Part shown: in pieces, positions 25,190 to 38,579 of the stretch | Position numbering within the stretch: the stretch's first letter is position 1 | Layout: every line of letters begins with the position of its first letter | Source: Narcine bancroftii | Lineage: Eukaryota | Assembly: GCF_036971445.1 (NCBI RefSeq) | Contig: NC_091476.1 | Coordinates: 24,490,001-24,554,000 of the forward strand | Direction: 5' to 3' | DNA length: 64,000 nt | Translations under genes and position numbers: made by a program | The notes under the pieces: model-generated | Told to the model about the DNA's origin: nothing | Database searches by the model: none | What the model saw: the letters and a program-made list of their open reading frames with translations, nothing else

Positions 25190-26660
25190 AATACAAATGT
25201 GCTGGGGAAATTCAGGTCACACAGCATCTATAGGTACTAAACTGTAACCAACTTTCAGGCCTGAGCCCTTCATCAAGATACAAGGATGGCACTTTGAATA
25301 AAAAAGGTGGAGGTGGTGAGGAGGAGTAGAGGGTGAAAGGGGAGTACAGGCCAACAGGTAGAGGTCATAGGTAGATATACTGTAAGAGGGGAGGTGAGAA
25401 AAAAGTTGACATGATACTTAGACACAAAACACACAAGACTCACAAAAACTTTGATTACAATCGAAGTAAAGATCATAAACAAAATTCAGTTTGTTTGGTA
25501 AATTGAAGCCGAAAGATCTTTGAGAGAGCACAAAATTCGAAGTGGTCTCTTGTCCAGAGAGAGGAACAAGGACTGCCTTCGGAATGTTCCTCCCTTTTAA
25601 AATGCCCAATGTTCTAAACTGCCTCCCAGACAATGACTCATGTTTTGGGCCTCCTTCCACTCCACAGCCACACCCAGTGGTGGTTTGTCTTCCAAGTCCA
25701 GAAATTTCTAGATCATAGACGGACGAGAGAGGTGCGGAAGATTGCGGGCTGGGTGCAGGTTAATGGGACTAGGGGAGAGAAGGTGTTTGGCATGGACTAG
25801 AAGGGCCGAACTGGCCTGTTTCTGTGCTGTAATTATTATTCTATGATAGGGGAGGGTTCAGCTCTCTGAATGAAGAGAGAAGGGGATGGGGAGCTGAAAG
25901 AAACAAAAAAGACTCAGGGAAGGGGTTTAACAAATTGGAGAAGTTAATGTTTCTCCAATTTACATGAAGCCTTGATTTGACAGTGCATGAGACCATGGGT
26001 AGACAAGTTAGTGTGGGAATGGAGCCTGAATTAAAATTGGCCCGTGGAATTAAAATGGGAAGCTCACATTATTGCAGCAGAGCAAAGGTGCTCAATGAAA
26101 TTATCTCCCAGTCTGCATCATCTACTGTATCTGGTGCCCAGTTCATGACCTCATCAACACTGGAGACTGGACACTTAACATTGACCTCCAGTTTCTACAA
26201 AATCCCACTCTTGAGTCTCTTTCCATATCCCTGTCTCCTTTACTCAAACTCCCCACCCTCTTCTTTCAGAACTACCCCTCCCCTTATTTTTTTGTACTAC
26301 CCTCCCACCCATAACCTTTTACCTGTTAGCCTGCCCTCCTCCCCCAGCTCCTTCCTCACCACCTTTTTAATTCAGATACCTGTCTATCTTTTGCTCATAC
26401 CTTGAAGGGCTCAGGCCTGAAACATTGGTTACCCTTTACTTCCCATAGATGCTGAATGACCTGCTGAGTTTCTCCAGAACTTCTCTGACCTGTTAGCCTG
26501 TGCTCTCCCTCCTCACTCCCTCCCCACCCCCCCATCCTTTTTATTGAGGCCCCTATCTGCTTATACCTTGATGAAGGGCCAAGGCCCAAAACATTGGTTC
26601 TCTTGACTTACTCCAAATACTTCGTGACATGCTGGATTTCCAGACTTTTTGTGTAATGAT
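25190..26660. mobile_element. Cluster of Penelope-like element remnants in inverted and tandem arrangement
   Basis: Minus-strand terminal repeat at 25190-25400. Minus GIY-YIG 3' remnant at 25850-26110 abuts a plus fragment (IYCIWC at about 26120). Two tandem terminal-repeat copies at 26320-26480 and 26487-26650 with the gatgctg..tgacctgctgagtttctccag tail. A CR1 3' piece sits at 25720-25830. Confidence 0.65.
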
Positions 26661-26676
26661 CCCAGCAGCTACACAT

Positions 26677-27953
26677 TTTAATATCTCACATCAGCTGTAC
26701 AATCACAGAGTTAAAATGCAAGGAGTTTATACAAAGAGTCCCAGTTCACTAGATTGTACCCAAACTCTAAAGCACAGTAGTGGAAATCAGAGCTCAAAGC
26801 AACAGATCAAGCAACAAAAGAATGTGGTGTGGAAATGCAAATACACACACTCCTCAAATTTACTTTGTCTGGAACAAAGAAATGATCACACAATACTGAG
26901 CACGTATAATGGGTTTATTTTTTTTTAAAATCAGGCAGATTGCATACATTGAAAAATATGACATTTTCCATTTTTTCTGCATACACTGCCCAGTGCTTTT
27001 TAACTGGAGGGAGTGTGAGAATCTGAGGTGCATGAATTGGGAAGTTGTAAGGAGGAAAATGTTGCAATATTTTATCTTTAAAATTATACTGCAGGAGCAC
27101 ACGTTTACCTCCTAGAACTTTTGAAGAGATGATGAAAATTTACTACCAATTCCACTGAAGAAGTGAAAAGGCAGCTCTAGTATTCAGATTTTGTTCACTA
27201 CGAGTCATGTCCATTTAAAGGATGCATCAGTTTAATCCAAACCTTAAGAATGCATACTTAATATTGGATTTTCATGTACAAAGTGCATTTCAAAAAGTAA
27301 AACTAGTTTATAGAATAAGATTCAAAACTAAATTAACAGTACATTTACTACTTATACTCTTTTACTATTTTATAGGTGATTAATAAAACACTCGCCAGAT
27401 TCCAGTTTTGTGGGGAAAACGTCCTAATTTAAGCAGCTAGGTATGTGTGCTTTTACTTTACATGTGATTGGGGAGGGTAGAAAGAATTGGAAAAAAAATT
27501 CAGAATTTTAAAATCAAAGTATTTGCTACACATTTCAAAAGGCAATCTAAATAGCAGCTGTCACTAGAAAAATACTATTAGTGTTTCACTCCAATAGGAT
27601 GGTTTTGTAAAAATATGTAAAAATCCTCAGTCTATGCAAAAGATTTTGCTTTGATTACAAAAACAATGTTGATCGATCAGAAAATTTCCAATGCAAGAGA
27701 AGCTCAAGATAGTAAGTGACAGTGAAACTTGAGGCTTTTCTGATGGAACAGATTTCTACATTTTTTACTAACTCGCACACCTTCAAACACAATGAAACTT
27801 CAATTAGATACATGTAAAAAGTTTAAACACTATTACTATGGCACATTACACTATTAACATGCAAAACCATGTACAAAATCAGTTTTGCTTGAAGAGAACA
27901 TTATCTGTTGGCTTGGTTCCTTTAACTGCAGAGGTTTTGGTCTCCTTCAAAAA
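26677..27953 (-). other. TSPAN6: Probable terminal non-coding (3' UTR) exon of the tetraspanin
   Basis: Acceptor ttttatttgttttgcag at 27954-27955 pairs with the donor after 29235. AT-rich and repeat-poor. AATAAA at 26914-26919 and ATTAAA at 26677-26682 on the minus strand. The 3' end is uncertain. Confidence 0.6.
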
Positions 27954-28099
27954 CTGCAAAACAAATAAAAGTTCCGTGAACTAGTAAAGGTAAAGAGACT
28001 ATAAAGCCCCTCAACAGGCAAGGTCATACTTGGTAAGCAAATTTAAAATGACCGTAAGAACATGGAGCTAAACTTGATGGTGGAAAAAGATTTTTTTTT

Positions 28100-28510
28100 T
28101 AAATTTATAGATACAGCACACGAGCCCACGACGCGGCCAATTAACCTACCAACCCCGTTCTTCTTTGGACGATGAGAGAAACCGGAGCATCCAAAGGAAC
28201 CCATGCAATTATGTGGAGAATTTACAAACGACTTACGCACAACAGCAGATCTGAACATGGGTCGCTGGCACTACATTAGCATTGCACTGCCACTATGCCA
28301 CTGTACCATTCCAAATTTTTATTTAACAACATTGTAGAAGCTAATTCCGGTCCATGAAATCCATGCTGCCCCAATTAATCTACCAACCCTGTACCTTTTT
28401 GGAGTGTGGGAGGAAACCGGATTACTCAGTGAAAACCCACACGGGTCATAGGGAGCGCATACAAACTCCGGCAGATTCGAACCAGGGTTGCTAGCACAGT
28501 AATAGTGTCC
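28100..28510 (-). mobile_element. Two tandem V-SINE copies in the last tetraspanin intron
   Basis: Two repeats of ccaattaacctaccaaccc...gaaaccgga...aacccac...tacaaact. Confidence 0.7.
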
Positions 28511-28713
28511 TGCTGGTCATGGATTATATTTAGTGCATATGATCACCATTGCACTTTCCAAACTTTGATCCAAATCATAAAAACAGATTCTCATCACTTT
28601 AATTTTCAAAGGACTGAACTTTCAAGATGCAGTCAAGAGATTCAAATACATTTATTGTAAGATTATTTTATGGAATGCAACCAAGAGATAAAAACACTGA
28701 TATGGGATTTCTA

Positions 28714-29175
28714 CAGTGCCTAACCTTTTATCCAGAATTCCAAAAACCAGGACTTTTATAGGTAGGTGACATCTGCTCATCAAAGATGGAGTTTGGCAGC
28801 AAACATGACCCTCACTCAACTCCCATGTATCCCGTCACATTCCACTACTTTATAAGCACCTCCAAATTGCCCAGACTGACACCCGCCCAACATTGAAGCA
28901 TTTTCAGTCAGCTCGGCGCAGCTCAGTGGTTTTTAATCACTACCCATAATCTCTCACACAGCTGAAACTGCTGTACCAGTGAAGGGGAACTGAGGAGGAG
29001 GCCGTTCTTCTGGCGCTGGTACAGTGGGGGCAGAGCGACTCAGCCGGGCGAGGGGGCAGAACGACTTCGGTGGGCTTAAAGGGACGGAAATCAAAATGAT
29101 TCCAATATTCGTTAAGATTCTGAACAACAGCAGGTGTCTGGTTCCGACGATCCCGGATAAAAGGTTAGGCAACTG
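28714..29175. mobile_element. Tc1/pogo-type MITE
   Basis: TIRs cagtgcctaaccttttatccag / ccggataaaaggttaggcaactg, with TA on both sides. Confidence 0.85.
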
Positions 29176-29247
29176 TAATTTTAAATGTTGTCTTTGGGGG
29201 GGGGGATAAAACAATGAATCTGGAAGTCACTTACCTAGTTTGATCCA

Positions 29248-29316
29248 TTAAACCATTTCATATTGATTGTTTGTGATGTATCGAGAAAGACAACAGGCGA
29301 GCATGATTCCAATCAA
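29248..29316 (-). CDS. TSPAN6: Tetraspanin coding exon 7 (LIGIMLACCLSRYITNNQYEMV*)
   Basis: ccttgcag acceptor, TAA stop, donor 13 nt after the stop. The C-terminal YEMV motif is typical of TSPAN6/7. Confidence 0.92.
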   Translation of the reverse strand: MIGIMLACCLSRYITNNQYEMV

Positions 29317-29545
29317 CTGCAAGGAGCAGGAAGAGTAAATAACATTTACATAACGAAAGCCATTTTGTAAAGAATTTAATGAAAACTAACAGTTGCTTAG
29401 CTTAACTAATCTGATATGTTTTCATTTGAGGTATGCACATCATGAAACTTTGCCAGATTTCAAAGTCACCATCTCTAGGTCAAGTCAAGTGGAAACAAAT
29501 TAATCAGGGATCTCAAATAGGAATTGAACATTGAAACAACTCAAA

Positions 29546-29747
29546 AGCCATTCTCAACAGGGGCCATGCAGCCCCCTGGGGAGGGGGGTGGGGGCACAGA
29601 GCATTTAAGGGGAGACAATCAACTGAATTTTAAAACAAAAAAATGTAACTGGTAAAACCACCTAAACTTAACTGCTTCACAGGGAAGGGGACTCAAACTT
29701 CGAGCAGTCGCAAGGGGGCCATTGCCAAAAAACTTTGAGAATGGCTG
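29546..29747. mobile_element. hAT-Charlie-like MITE
   Basis: TIRs agccattctcaa / ttgagaatggctg with subterminal ggggccat repeats. TSD is degenerate. Confidence 0.65.
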
Positions 29748-29865
29748 AACTAGAGGCTCAGAGCTAGCAGATTCAAAAAGACCAAACACCAGAGTCAAAA
29801 TTTTAACACCATGAAACATATCAAGTTCATGATACTGAATTAGTGCAAAGTAAAGAAAAACATAC

Positions 29866-29949
29866 CTGGAAAAAGCCAATTCCAAAAGCAATTCCAGCAA
29901 TTATTCCAACATTAGTCTCCATGAAGTTGATAATCAATCGAATGCAACC
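29866..29949 (-). CDS. TSPAN6: Tetraspanin coding exon 6 (GCIRLIINFMETNVGIIAGIAFGIGFFQ)
   Basis: 84 nt, ag/gt boundaries, phase 0. Matches the TSPAN6/7 EC2 end and start of TM4. Confidence 0.92.
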
Positions 29950-30474
29950 CTACATAAATAACAATTTAAATTTTACTAAAATCTGGCAAATCTGTTACTA
30001 TAGACCCAAGTAACTTGCATTTTATTATGTCATTTCAAAGAAATGATTAAATGAGCTGGGAAGATCTGTGGGATAGTTGATTCCTTACCAGGAATTATAA
30101 ACTGTCTATATTCATGACACAATTTACACATTTATAAAAGAGAGTTTTCAAAACATGATCGATAAAAGTTTATGGTAGTGTGTGTTCAGGAGGAGAAAGG
30201 ATGGAAAAGGAATAATTAAATGTTGTTGTTAATCATGTTGGACTGAAAATACAAGTAAAATTTGAAATAACCAAATGATTGCCAAATAAAATCTCAGCCA
30301 CAAGTTATCTTGAACCTTTAAGTACCACCACTCGTGCCACCAAATTTGAGGTACAATTTGATCAATTTATCTTAAAACCTTGAAGGTCAACCATAAAATA
30401 CATTAGATTTTAAATTTAAAGCATGGTTTTACAAAAAATAGTTGCAATAACAAGAAAATGGAGCAGAGTCATAC

Positions 30475-30630
30475 CTTTTGAAAGACTTTGTCTTTGGCAA
30501 TAGTCACATTTCTCAGATCTACTTCTTTACAATCACTGATGTTTATACAGCAACTGGCTGGGATTCCATTTGTTTTGAAGTATGTAGTGCCAATCCAATT
30601 AGTGTAGTTTTGAACACCACAACAATGCAA
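30475..30630 (-). CDS. TSPAN6: Tetraspanin coding exon 5 (LHCCGVQNYTNW...GIPASCC..DC..KVFQK)
   Basis: 156 nt with the CCG and PxSCC tetraspanin motifs; canonical splice sites. Confidence 0.93.
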
Positions 30631-31219
30631 CTAAAAATATAAATCAGTACAGATTTTAAGCACATGGACTATTTGCAAGATCTGGTTTTTTTAACAAAGG
30701 CTATCAAGCACCATTTGATTTCACAAGTTTTCCCATTTTCTCAACATTATTTTGGTCAAGATTACAGGAGCTTGCATGAACAATGGTTTGTCTTTAACAA
30801 CCCAATAGGAACTACTATATTGATTAGTGTTTCTGGAAAAGTGACCATGAATTAAAAAACACTAGAAATCTAAAAGCAAAAACATGTACTGTGCATACGT
30901 TTTGTTTGTATGTGGGTTATATCTGTTTGTGTGTTTGCAATGTATTCACCGAGGACCAGAGAATGCGGTTTCATTGGGTTGGACTTGTACAAACGGATGA
31001 TAAATGAAAAAATACAGTAAAAACACAGGCCAGGCTATGTCCGCACATAGATAAAACAGTTTATATTTTGGGTTGAAGAGATAGGAAAGAATAGTCCACT
31101 GATGACTTATTAGTTAGTGAAATAAATTAAAGACAAACAAGAAATGTTACTGAATTGGGATAGGAATGAAAAGTCTGGGTGGAAATTCAACACAAACTAG
31201 TTAAATATTTGTCAAATCA

Positions 31220-31720
31220 TAGAATAGAGATGCAAGAGTAGGCCATTCAGCCCTCAAGTTTGCAAGGACATTCAAGACAATCATGGGTGATTATGCATCG
31301 TCAGCTCCCTATTCCTACTTTCTCTCTACTGTATACCTTTTGATCCCTTTAGCCACATTTGAATGTGGCTATCCACAGTTTTGAATGAACTATCCTCAAC
31401 TTTGTGGCAGGGAGTTCCACAAGTTCACAACTCAATGAAGTTTTCCCAACTCAGTCCAAAATAACTTGCCACTAATCCTCTTTTTGGACTTCCCCAATAT
31501 CAGGAACTTTCTTCTTGCGTCTAACTTGTCTATCCCAGCAATTAATCTTGTGAACTTTCACTGCAGTCTATCAATAAAGAGAATCTGAGGAAGGACATTA
31601 AGAGGCTCAAGCTGTGGCCTCACCAAGGCCTTTGGTAGTGGACCTCCCTGCTTCTATATCCAAAGCTTCTTGCAATAAAGAATGCAGGGATATAAATCGT
31701 TGGATTAACTGCACTATTTT
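31220..31720 (-). mobile_element. Decayed CR1 LINE 3' fragment
   Basis: gagtaggccattcagccctc, gagttccacaagttcacaactc and cttgtgaactttcactgca are typical CR1 reverse motifs. Confidence 0.6.
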
Positions 31721-31803
31721 TCATTGGAGCCAGCACAGATTTGAGACAAAGTCTAACCTTTTTTTGAACAAACAAAGTGAAGAGTGAAATTTATGTGACT
31801 TAC

Positions 31804-31890
31804 ATTTTTCTGGATGTAATCAACTGTAGACCCTGTTGCATTGTATTTTTGTACAGCATCTTGGAAGGTATCCTTAAAAATAGTTTTAAT
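31804..31890 (-). CDS. TSPAN6: Tetraspanin coding exon 4 (IKTIFKDTFQDAVQKYNATGSTVDYIQKN)
   Basis: 87 nt, gttctag acceptor, gtaagt donor, phase 0. Confidence 0.9.
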
Positions 31891-32904
31891 CTAGAACACA
31901 AATATATGCATCAAATACATTGCAAATAAAAGTTTTGTTAAAGCTTTCTGAAAGTAAACTTGGAAATTCTAATGTGCCATGCATGACACAGGTCAGTTAT
32001 GAACTGCAGTTGCATTTGCAACAATTTGGTCGCAATAGTGTTTTTTTGGAACAAGGGGTCACCTAATTTAGATATTTCAACTGCACATCATTGATTTATT
32101 TACTGCTTTACAGACAAGATCTTAGATTTAACGCATCTCCTGATTTTAGCTACTAGATGCTTGCCACAAAACATTTGAAAATAGCATCTTTAAGGAGTTT
32201 TGAAATAAAGCTGCTAAAAATTGAATGTTTACATTTGTTAGCATAACATTCAGTAACAGAATACCTCAACATTAAAAAGTGGAAAGTATCAAAAACTCTC
32301 AGGCAAAATTCAGAGAAGAAACTAATGTTTCAGGTCCATAACCATTCGAAAAAACTAAAATGTTGGAAGTTTACCGTCGATGTTTTGAATACCCAACTTT
32401 TGAAATATCATCTACTCTTCCTTGGAATTAAAATAAAAACAACTAAAGCTTATCCAGTGAATTTATAAACAGGCTGACAAAGAGTTAGGGCCACCAAAAT
32501 ATGCAAAGAGTTGCAATGCAAGTTAAACTAAAAATTTAACTTGACAGAGCAAAAATAAATGCAGTCCCAAGTTATTTTTGAAATTGATGGAGTTCCTTTT
32601 AACAAAGGATATGGAAATGGCATTTCTAGATATATCAAAAGTCAAATGAAATAACCTTCCCAGCCATTACAAATCCTCTTTATTCCAGAAAATGCTAATA
32701 GCATTAAACTAAGCAGCAAAAATGCCCAATAGATATCCTTCAAGATACAAAGGGGCAAAATGTAATTGAGTGAAACAAAAGTTAGCAGACACTGATCGTA
32801 GTAAAAACAAATTTCTCTAGGAACTTAGCAGATCTCGCAGCAGCCAAAGGAGGTAAAGATATACAACCGACATATTGGGCCAGAGCCCTTCTTCAAGCTA
32901 CATG

Positions 32905-33661
32905 CTCCCAGTTAATTTTCATTTGAGTGAGACTGTCACTTTAAGAGAACAAATCAAGCTGCAAGCTTTGGAGATTGACTGTGGGCTGACAGGCTGGGGG
33001 CAACGTGTACTCAAATTTCGCTACTTCTGAAGAGAAAAGTGGAGCTGGAAACATGTGACCAACATGTTAAAGAAACAGTACTCAATTTGATCAGGGGCCA
33101 TTTTAAGGAAGCAGCACTCAAGAGATGCATCTCTTTGAAGGGATACTGTGCTGAAGTGGCTTTGTGTGGTAATAGACAACTTGTCTGATTTCTCTCTGTA
33201 AGGAGAATGAGGATACCTCATCGTGGCCAAAGGAACAGTAACTTTTGAAGAGGGATTAGTTTGCCCAAAAGGGAAGGTCACTATTTCAGCTGACCCTCAA
33301 AAGGGTTCTGGAAGATTTGTGAAAAATCACTCCCTTCGTGTCCCCTACACAAAGAAAAAGGGAGTTTTGATTTCTACTTGTCTGAAAAGGACATTTCTTT
33401 GGAAGCATCTCAACAAGGATTTTGTGAGTTTACAACAATCTGTCACCCAGGTCTTTCCCACCTACTCTGTGATTACAATACTTTAATTAATTTAAAGCCT
33501 GCGTGTCAACACTGGATTTTCTGAGACTGTTCAAGAATTGAGCCTAAGCTATAATGGCTTGGGGTATTTCCGCTTAAGTATATTTGCGTATAGTTGGGGG
33601 GGGGTTAAGTTAGATAATGTATTATATTATTGTTAATTAAAAATATTATTTTAAATATAAC
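32905..33661 (+). mobile_element. Possible solo LTR
   Basis: tgtcactttaaga near the start and TAACA at the end; no TSD found. Confidence 0.3.
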
Positions 33662-34357
33662 ACTGTCATGGCTAAATTTCTATTATTGCTGAGTACATAA
33701 AATCCTGAAGAGCTTAGGCCTAAAATGTTGGTTATTCTGTGCATCTTGACTTCATATGGACTCTGAAACCTGCTGTGTTCCCCCAGCACTTCTGTTTTTA
33801 CAAAATGTAAATGTACTTGTTTGGGAATTGGAGAAGTAGCAAGAATGCAAATTTCTCTTAGTTTTCCTATCTGACCATCCACTGAGGCTCAAACCAGCAC
33901 AATGATACAGTTCAGTGGGATTTTGCACTTTTTCTACTACTGGGTGCAGCAGCTTCCTCCCATTCCACAGACATGAGTGTTCATAGGTTAGTCACAGTAC
34001 ATCACTGAAGGTGGGCAATAGCACTGATGGGAACGTGGGGAGAAATCATGCCATGGAAAACTATCTTCCATATCATAAAGAAATAGGTAACTATTAGTGC
34101 TTATTTGTAAGCAATGATCTTGAGTTTTGGTGACAGTGGTATTTTCTTCCAACCTTCATCCATCAATCCGTCATAATTTGCCACATGAGAGTTCAAGAGT
34201 TTATGATTGTTGCTATTTTAGAAAATTTAGAGATGCACGATCTCCAAATATCAGAGGGCTTTAGTGTGCAATGTCCACCACCATTTCCACAGTCCAGATC
34301 TGATTACTTGGGAATTCTACTTTTTAGTATGAAATCAGGAATTCTATTGTTCAGTAT

Positions 34358-34590
34358 GGGTGGTACGGTTGGTGTTGCAGCGCAACGCCTTTACAGCACT
34401 AGCGATCAAGACTGCGGTTTGAATCCCAGGCTCTCTGTAAGGAGTTTGTACATTCTCCGAGTCTGCTGGATTTTCCCTGGGGGCTCCGGTTTCCTCCCAC
34501 CATTCGAACTATACCAGGGTGTAGGTTAATTGGGTGGTAAGGATTCTTGGGCCAAAATGGCCTGTAACTGTGCTATATGTCTAAAAAAAA
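34358..34590 (+). mobile_element. tRNA-derived V-SINE (HE1-like)
   Basis: ggtggtacggttggtgttgcagcgcaacgcctttacagc...gtttgaatccc...ggctccggtttcctcccacc with an A-rich end. Confidence 0.85.
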
Positions 34591-36358
34591 CAGAGCTCTT
34601 GATTTCAGCTTTGCTAGATTGATCAGAGGCTGACCCAAATGTGAGTGACAGCAGTTACATGAATTACTGGCAGAATAATAATCATATGACTGTGTGCAAT
34701 CTGAATTTCATAGGAAATAATAAAACCAGTGTCGGTTCCACAAATGGCAACTCTTAAATCCCTTAAGAAAAAAAAAATTTGCAACTAAATAGGGGTAAAA
34801 TTCACAGCACAATTTCATACTGAACAGTGGAATTGCCAAGTTGATCAACATTAAAACATACCTGATTTAAAACATTGAACAGTGTCCATGATTTCATGAA
34901 TCTTCTAACTTGCAGTGAGTTACCACCTCCAGAACCTTTCAAGCACTTTGCAGCAGCCACTACTCAAGACTTACCTCCTCATTTGATTACAGTTGATCAT
35001 TGAGATGCTCACTCCAGTTCAAGAGTAAAGCAAAAGGGACTAATCCCAGTGGTTTGGTTACCTTCCTATAGGAAGGAAATTGGCCATCTATGAAATTTGT
35101 CCCAATTTCACAAGGATATACAAGACTACACATTTCCTGTGAGGGCATCTGTGGATGAACAATTTCTACTGGTTTACCTTGTTTTAAAGGATTCCCAGAA
35201 CTCCTTCAAAAATGTCTGAGGTAAGCCTTGTAGCACCAATAGATACTTTTATGTAAAGCTGAAGTAACTCTTTTGCAAGTTACCGCAAAGAGCAGCAGCA
35301 GTTGCAAACATTCCAAAGGGAATTCACATCTGGCTTCAGAACATCCTCAGTTCCAGTTATTCAAGACAAGTTTGTTTTTATCATGGATTACAAGCAACAA
35401 ACTTCTTTGGTTACCAATGCTCTCTCCCCCACAGAACACAAGTCCTTTCTATTTTTTTGTTTACAGGACCTTTGAATCGTTTGAACTTCACTGAATAGCA
35501 CCTTACAATATCTTGCATTGCATCAAATTTTCAAAATTCAATATCAGCATAGGAGTTCCAATCAATAAGGAAGCAAAGTGGTATGCAAAAGATTTGTGAC
35601 AGATTAATCCTTAGTGCTGACTTTTCATCCCTCTTGTCGCCAATTACATTCAGAACTTTGCAAAATTAACAATCCCAGATATTCCTTTTGTTTCTGTACT
35701 TTTCCAATGGTTTGCTGGAAGCCCACTTTTAACTAGCCTTCTTCCGATAAAACAGAAGGTTTTAAAGCAAAATATTAGATTTTAAATATCAGGACAAGAT
35801 TGTTTTAATCGATAACCCCCTTTTTTTTATTTTGGTGATTAAGCCAAATCTAATTGTCAGTTTGATGACTATGGAAACAACATTTGCTGCTCAGTATCGA
35901 AGCTTTCTCCATTCTCAAACACTGAAAAAATATGAATGATTTAGCGATAATGGGATATTTCAAATCAGGATGGAAGAAATTTGGAACTTCCATCACTATC
36001 TAAATTCCAGAGTTACAATGGGATACGCCATTCTACTAGAAGTCTTCAAATAAGTGGTTAAACACACTGCTTTTAAATCTCTCAATTATGTTATTTCTCA
36101 CATTGATCCTATAAGACAATAGGAGCTGGAGTAGGCCCTTCGAGCCAGCATCGCCATTTTACAGATCATGGCTGATCACTACCATCAGTACCCCTTTCCA
36201 GCCTTATCCCCATAACCCTTAACTCCTTTGCCCACTCCAAAGGACAATTGAGGATGACCTGAGAAAAGGAAATCTCTTTTACCAAAAAAAACTCATTACA
36301 TCAGGTATTTGAAAATGAAATAGTCAAACGTAGGAATGCCATCTGGCGCTGGAGTTAC

Positions 36359-36433
36359 CTCATGCCGAAAGACAAATCCAGAAATTCCAGCTATGAGTTG
36401 TGCCAAGAAGAGTAGTGACAGGATCATTGCATA
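36359..36433 (-). CDS. TSPAN6: Tetraspanin coding exon 3 (YAMILSLLFLAQLIAGISGFVFRHE)
   Basis: 75 nt, poly-T ctag acceptor, gtaac donor; encodes TM3. Confidence 0.93.
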
Positions 36434-37269
36434 CTAGAAAAAAAAAGGCAATTATTTTACTTTACACTGGAGAAAGACAGATCACTTAGAAAATGGGAAA
36501 TAATGAAAAGGCTGTGGGTCTGTCTGTACAGGAAGCTAGAAATACATAGCCTCGTTTCTTTTTCTTTGCAGCCCTGGGTGGGGGGATATCAGGGAAGATT
36601 TTAATTTAAAAAAAAATAGTCAATAGAAGTATAGAAGAAACAGCAGTGTCCTAGGAGGATATAGCCAAAAAATGGTTGAGAATGGTTGGTCTAGAGTATA
36701 ACAGGCAATAGGAAGCAGAGTTAAAGCAAGATCTTTTTTTCTTTTATTTGAAAAAAATTAAGCAGCTTACTACAATTATAAAGAATCAGTAATAAACTAT
36801 ACTTGTACTATATGTAATTTTGACCTCTATCCAAGAAAGAATACACCTACATCATAAGCGAAGATTTGCCAATTTCTGGATTGGGTTAATGAAAGCAATT
36901 GATTTGGTATTGCAGAGGGTAGCATGGACTCCTTGGTCCAAATAATCTGCTTCTCTGCTGTAAAATCCAATGAGAAGGAGACTAGATTGGACATGTATCC
37001 TAAACTTTACAAGAGGAATTCGTATTAAACCACAACTCAACAAGATTCGGAGAATGCCATGACTTGCTCTGAAGCTATGAGGCTCAAGAAAAAGACCAAT
37101 CTTTTAGGATTGAGGTAGAATTTTTTTCTCAAGAACTGTGGCTCTTACTCTCAAGGGCTGCTTAGTGGTTTCTCTTCAAAACAAATGGATTGATATCTTG
37201 ATAATCATGGAGTATGGCAATAAAGGTAAAAAAATCTTTTATTGAACAGTTTCCATTGAAGGTGTGTGA

Positions 37270-37565
37270 GATTAAAACGAGGACATGGGTTAAGGGTGAA
37301 AGGGGAAAAGCTTAAAAGGAACAGGAGAGGGAACTTCTTCACTCAAGAGAGCGGTGGGAGTGTGGAATGAGCTTCCAGCTGAAGTGGTAGATGCAGGCTC
37401 ATTTTAACATTTAAGGGAAATTTGGACAGGTATATGAATGGGAGGGGTAAGGAGGGCTATGGATTGAGTGCAGGTCAGTGGGACTAGGCAAGAAAAAGTG
37501 GTTCGGCACAGACTAGATGTATCAAGTGGCCTGCTTCAGTGCTGTAATTGTTCTATGGTTCTATT
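37270..37565 (+). mobile_element. CR1 LINE 3' end
   Basis: aaaacgaggacatgggttaagg..gggaacttcttcactc..gtgtggaatgagcttcc with the ttctatggttcta tail. Confidence 0.8.
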
Positions 37566-37698
37566 AAAGTAGGTCTGTCACACGGCTAATACTTGTGGCT
37601 ATAATTATTAACATTGCTTACACAACCTTTACTTGAAAACATACACCATTACACTGTGCCCTAAAATATGCAAACTAAGAACAAGATTTGAGACTTAC

Positions 37699-37887
37699 TA
37701 GTTTTAGCATCCATGTGCTACCTCGACATGTTGCAAAACATCCAAAGAAACCAAATATGATGATTGCTGCACCAGTTCCAATGAGTACGTAGGGAGCATT
37801 GGTGCTTTTTTCAGCTACTAGAGCTAGATAGTCTTCTAAACTTACTTTGCCCCATATGCCCACTGCCAAAAGCACAGTACCTGCAAA
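37699..37887 (-). CDS. TSPAN6: Tetraspanin coding exon 2 (FAGTVLLAVGIWGKVSLEDY...FGCFATCRGSTWMLKL)
   Basis: 189 nt, ctctcag acceptor, gtaagt donor. GIWGKVSLE is TSPAN6-like. Confidence 0.94.
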
Positions 37888-38579
37888 CTGAGAGAAAACA
37901 AGATAGATGAAATGTAGAGAAAATCCATTATTGGTCAGAATTGCCCCTCAGAAGTCAGTTGCAACACTTGTTTGCTTAACAAAACATTTGAAAGTGTCCC
38001 TTGAAATTGAAAAATCATTGCAACCAAGTTTTTAAAAAAAAAAGTCAAATTACATGAGCGCTTATTAGCAAGTTATTGGTCACTTGGAGTTACATTTACG
38101 TGTTATGCAAATACTTGCACCTTTAACAGACTAACATATTGTAGACAATAGGCTGCAAAAAGTCCAATGTTCTACCTTTCAAAATTGGACACGTTGTCAG
38201 AATTCACAGAAGCACCGAAAACTGTGGTGTATTTTACTAAACACCAATTTTTTTGACAATTAAAAAAGCACATCTTGAAACTCATTACTGCAAAAACCAC
38301 TCAAGGAACTAGCTTTGAAATCAAAACAAAAAGTCATTGAGTCATTGCTCAACTAAGCTTCTACATGGGATACAATACAAATTCAAAATAATGACAAAAT
38401 AGATACGAGATTGCTTTTCTCACTATTTTTCTTCAGTTTTCATCATGCAATCATAAAATCCTTAAAAGTCAGTGATAAAAGATTTACATTGCCTGGTATT
38501 GAAAATTTGCAACACACCATTGAATACAGCATCTTTGCAACAAATAATATTTAGGAGTGGGGAAAAAACCACTATAATC

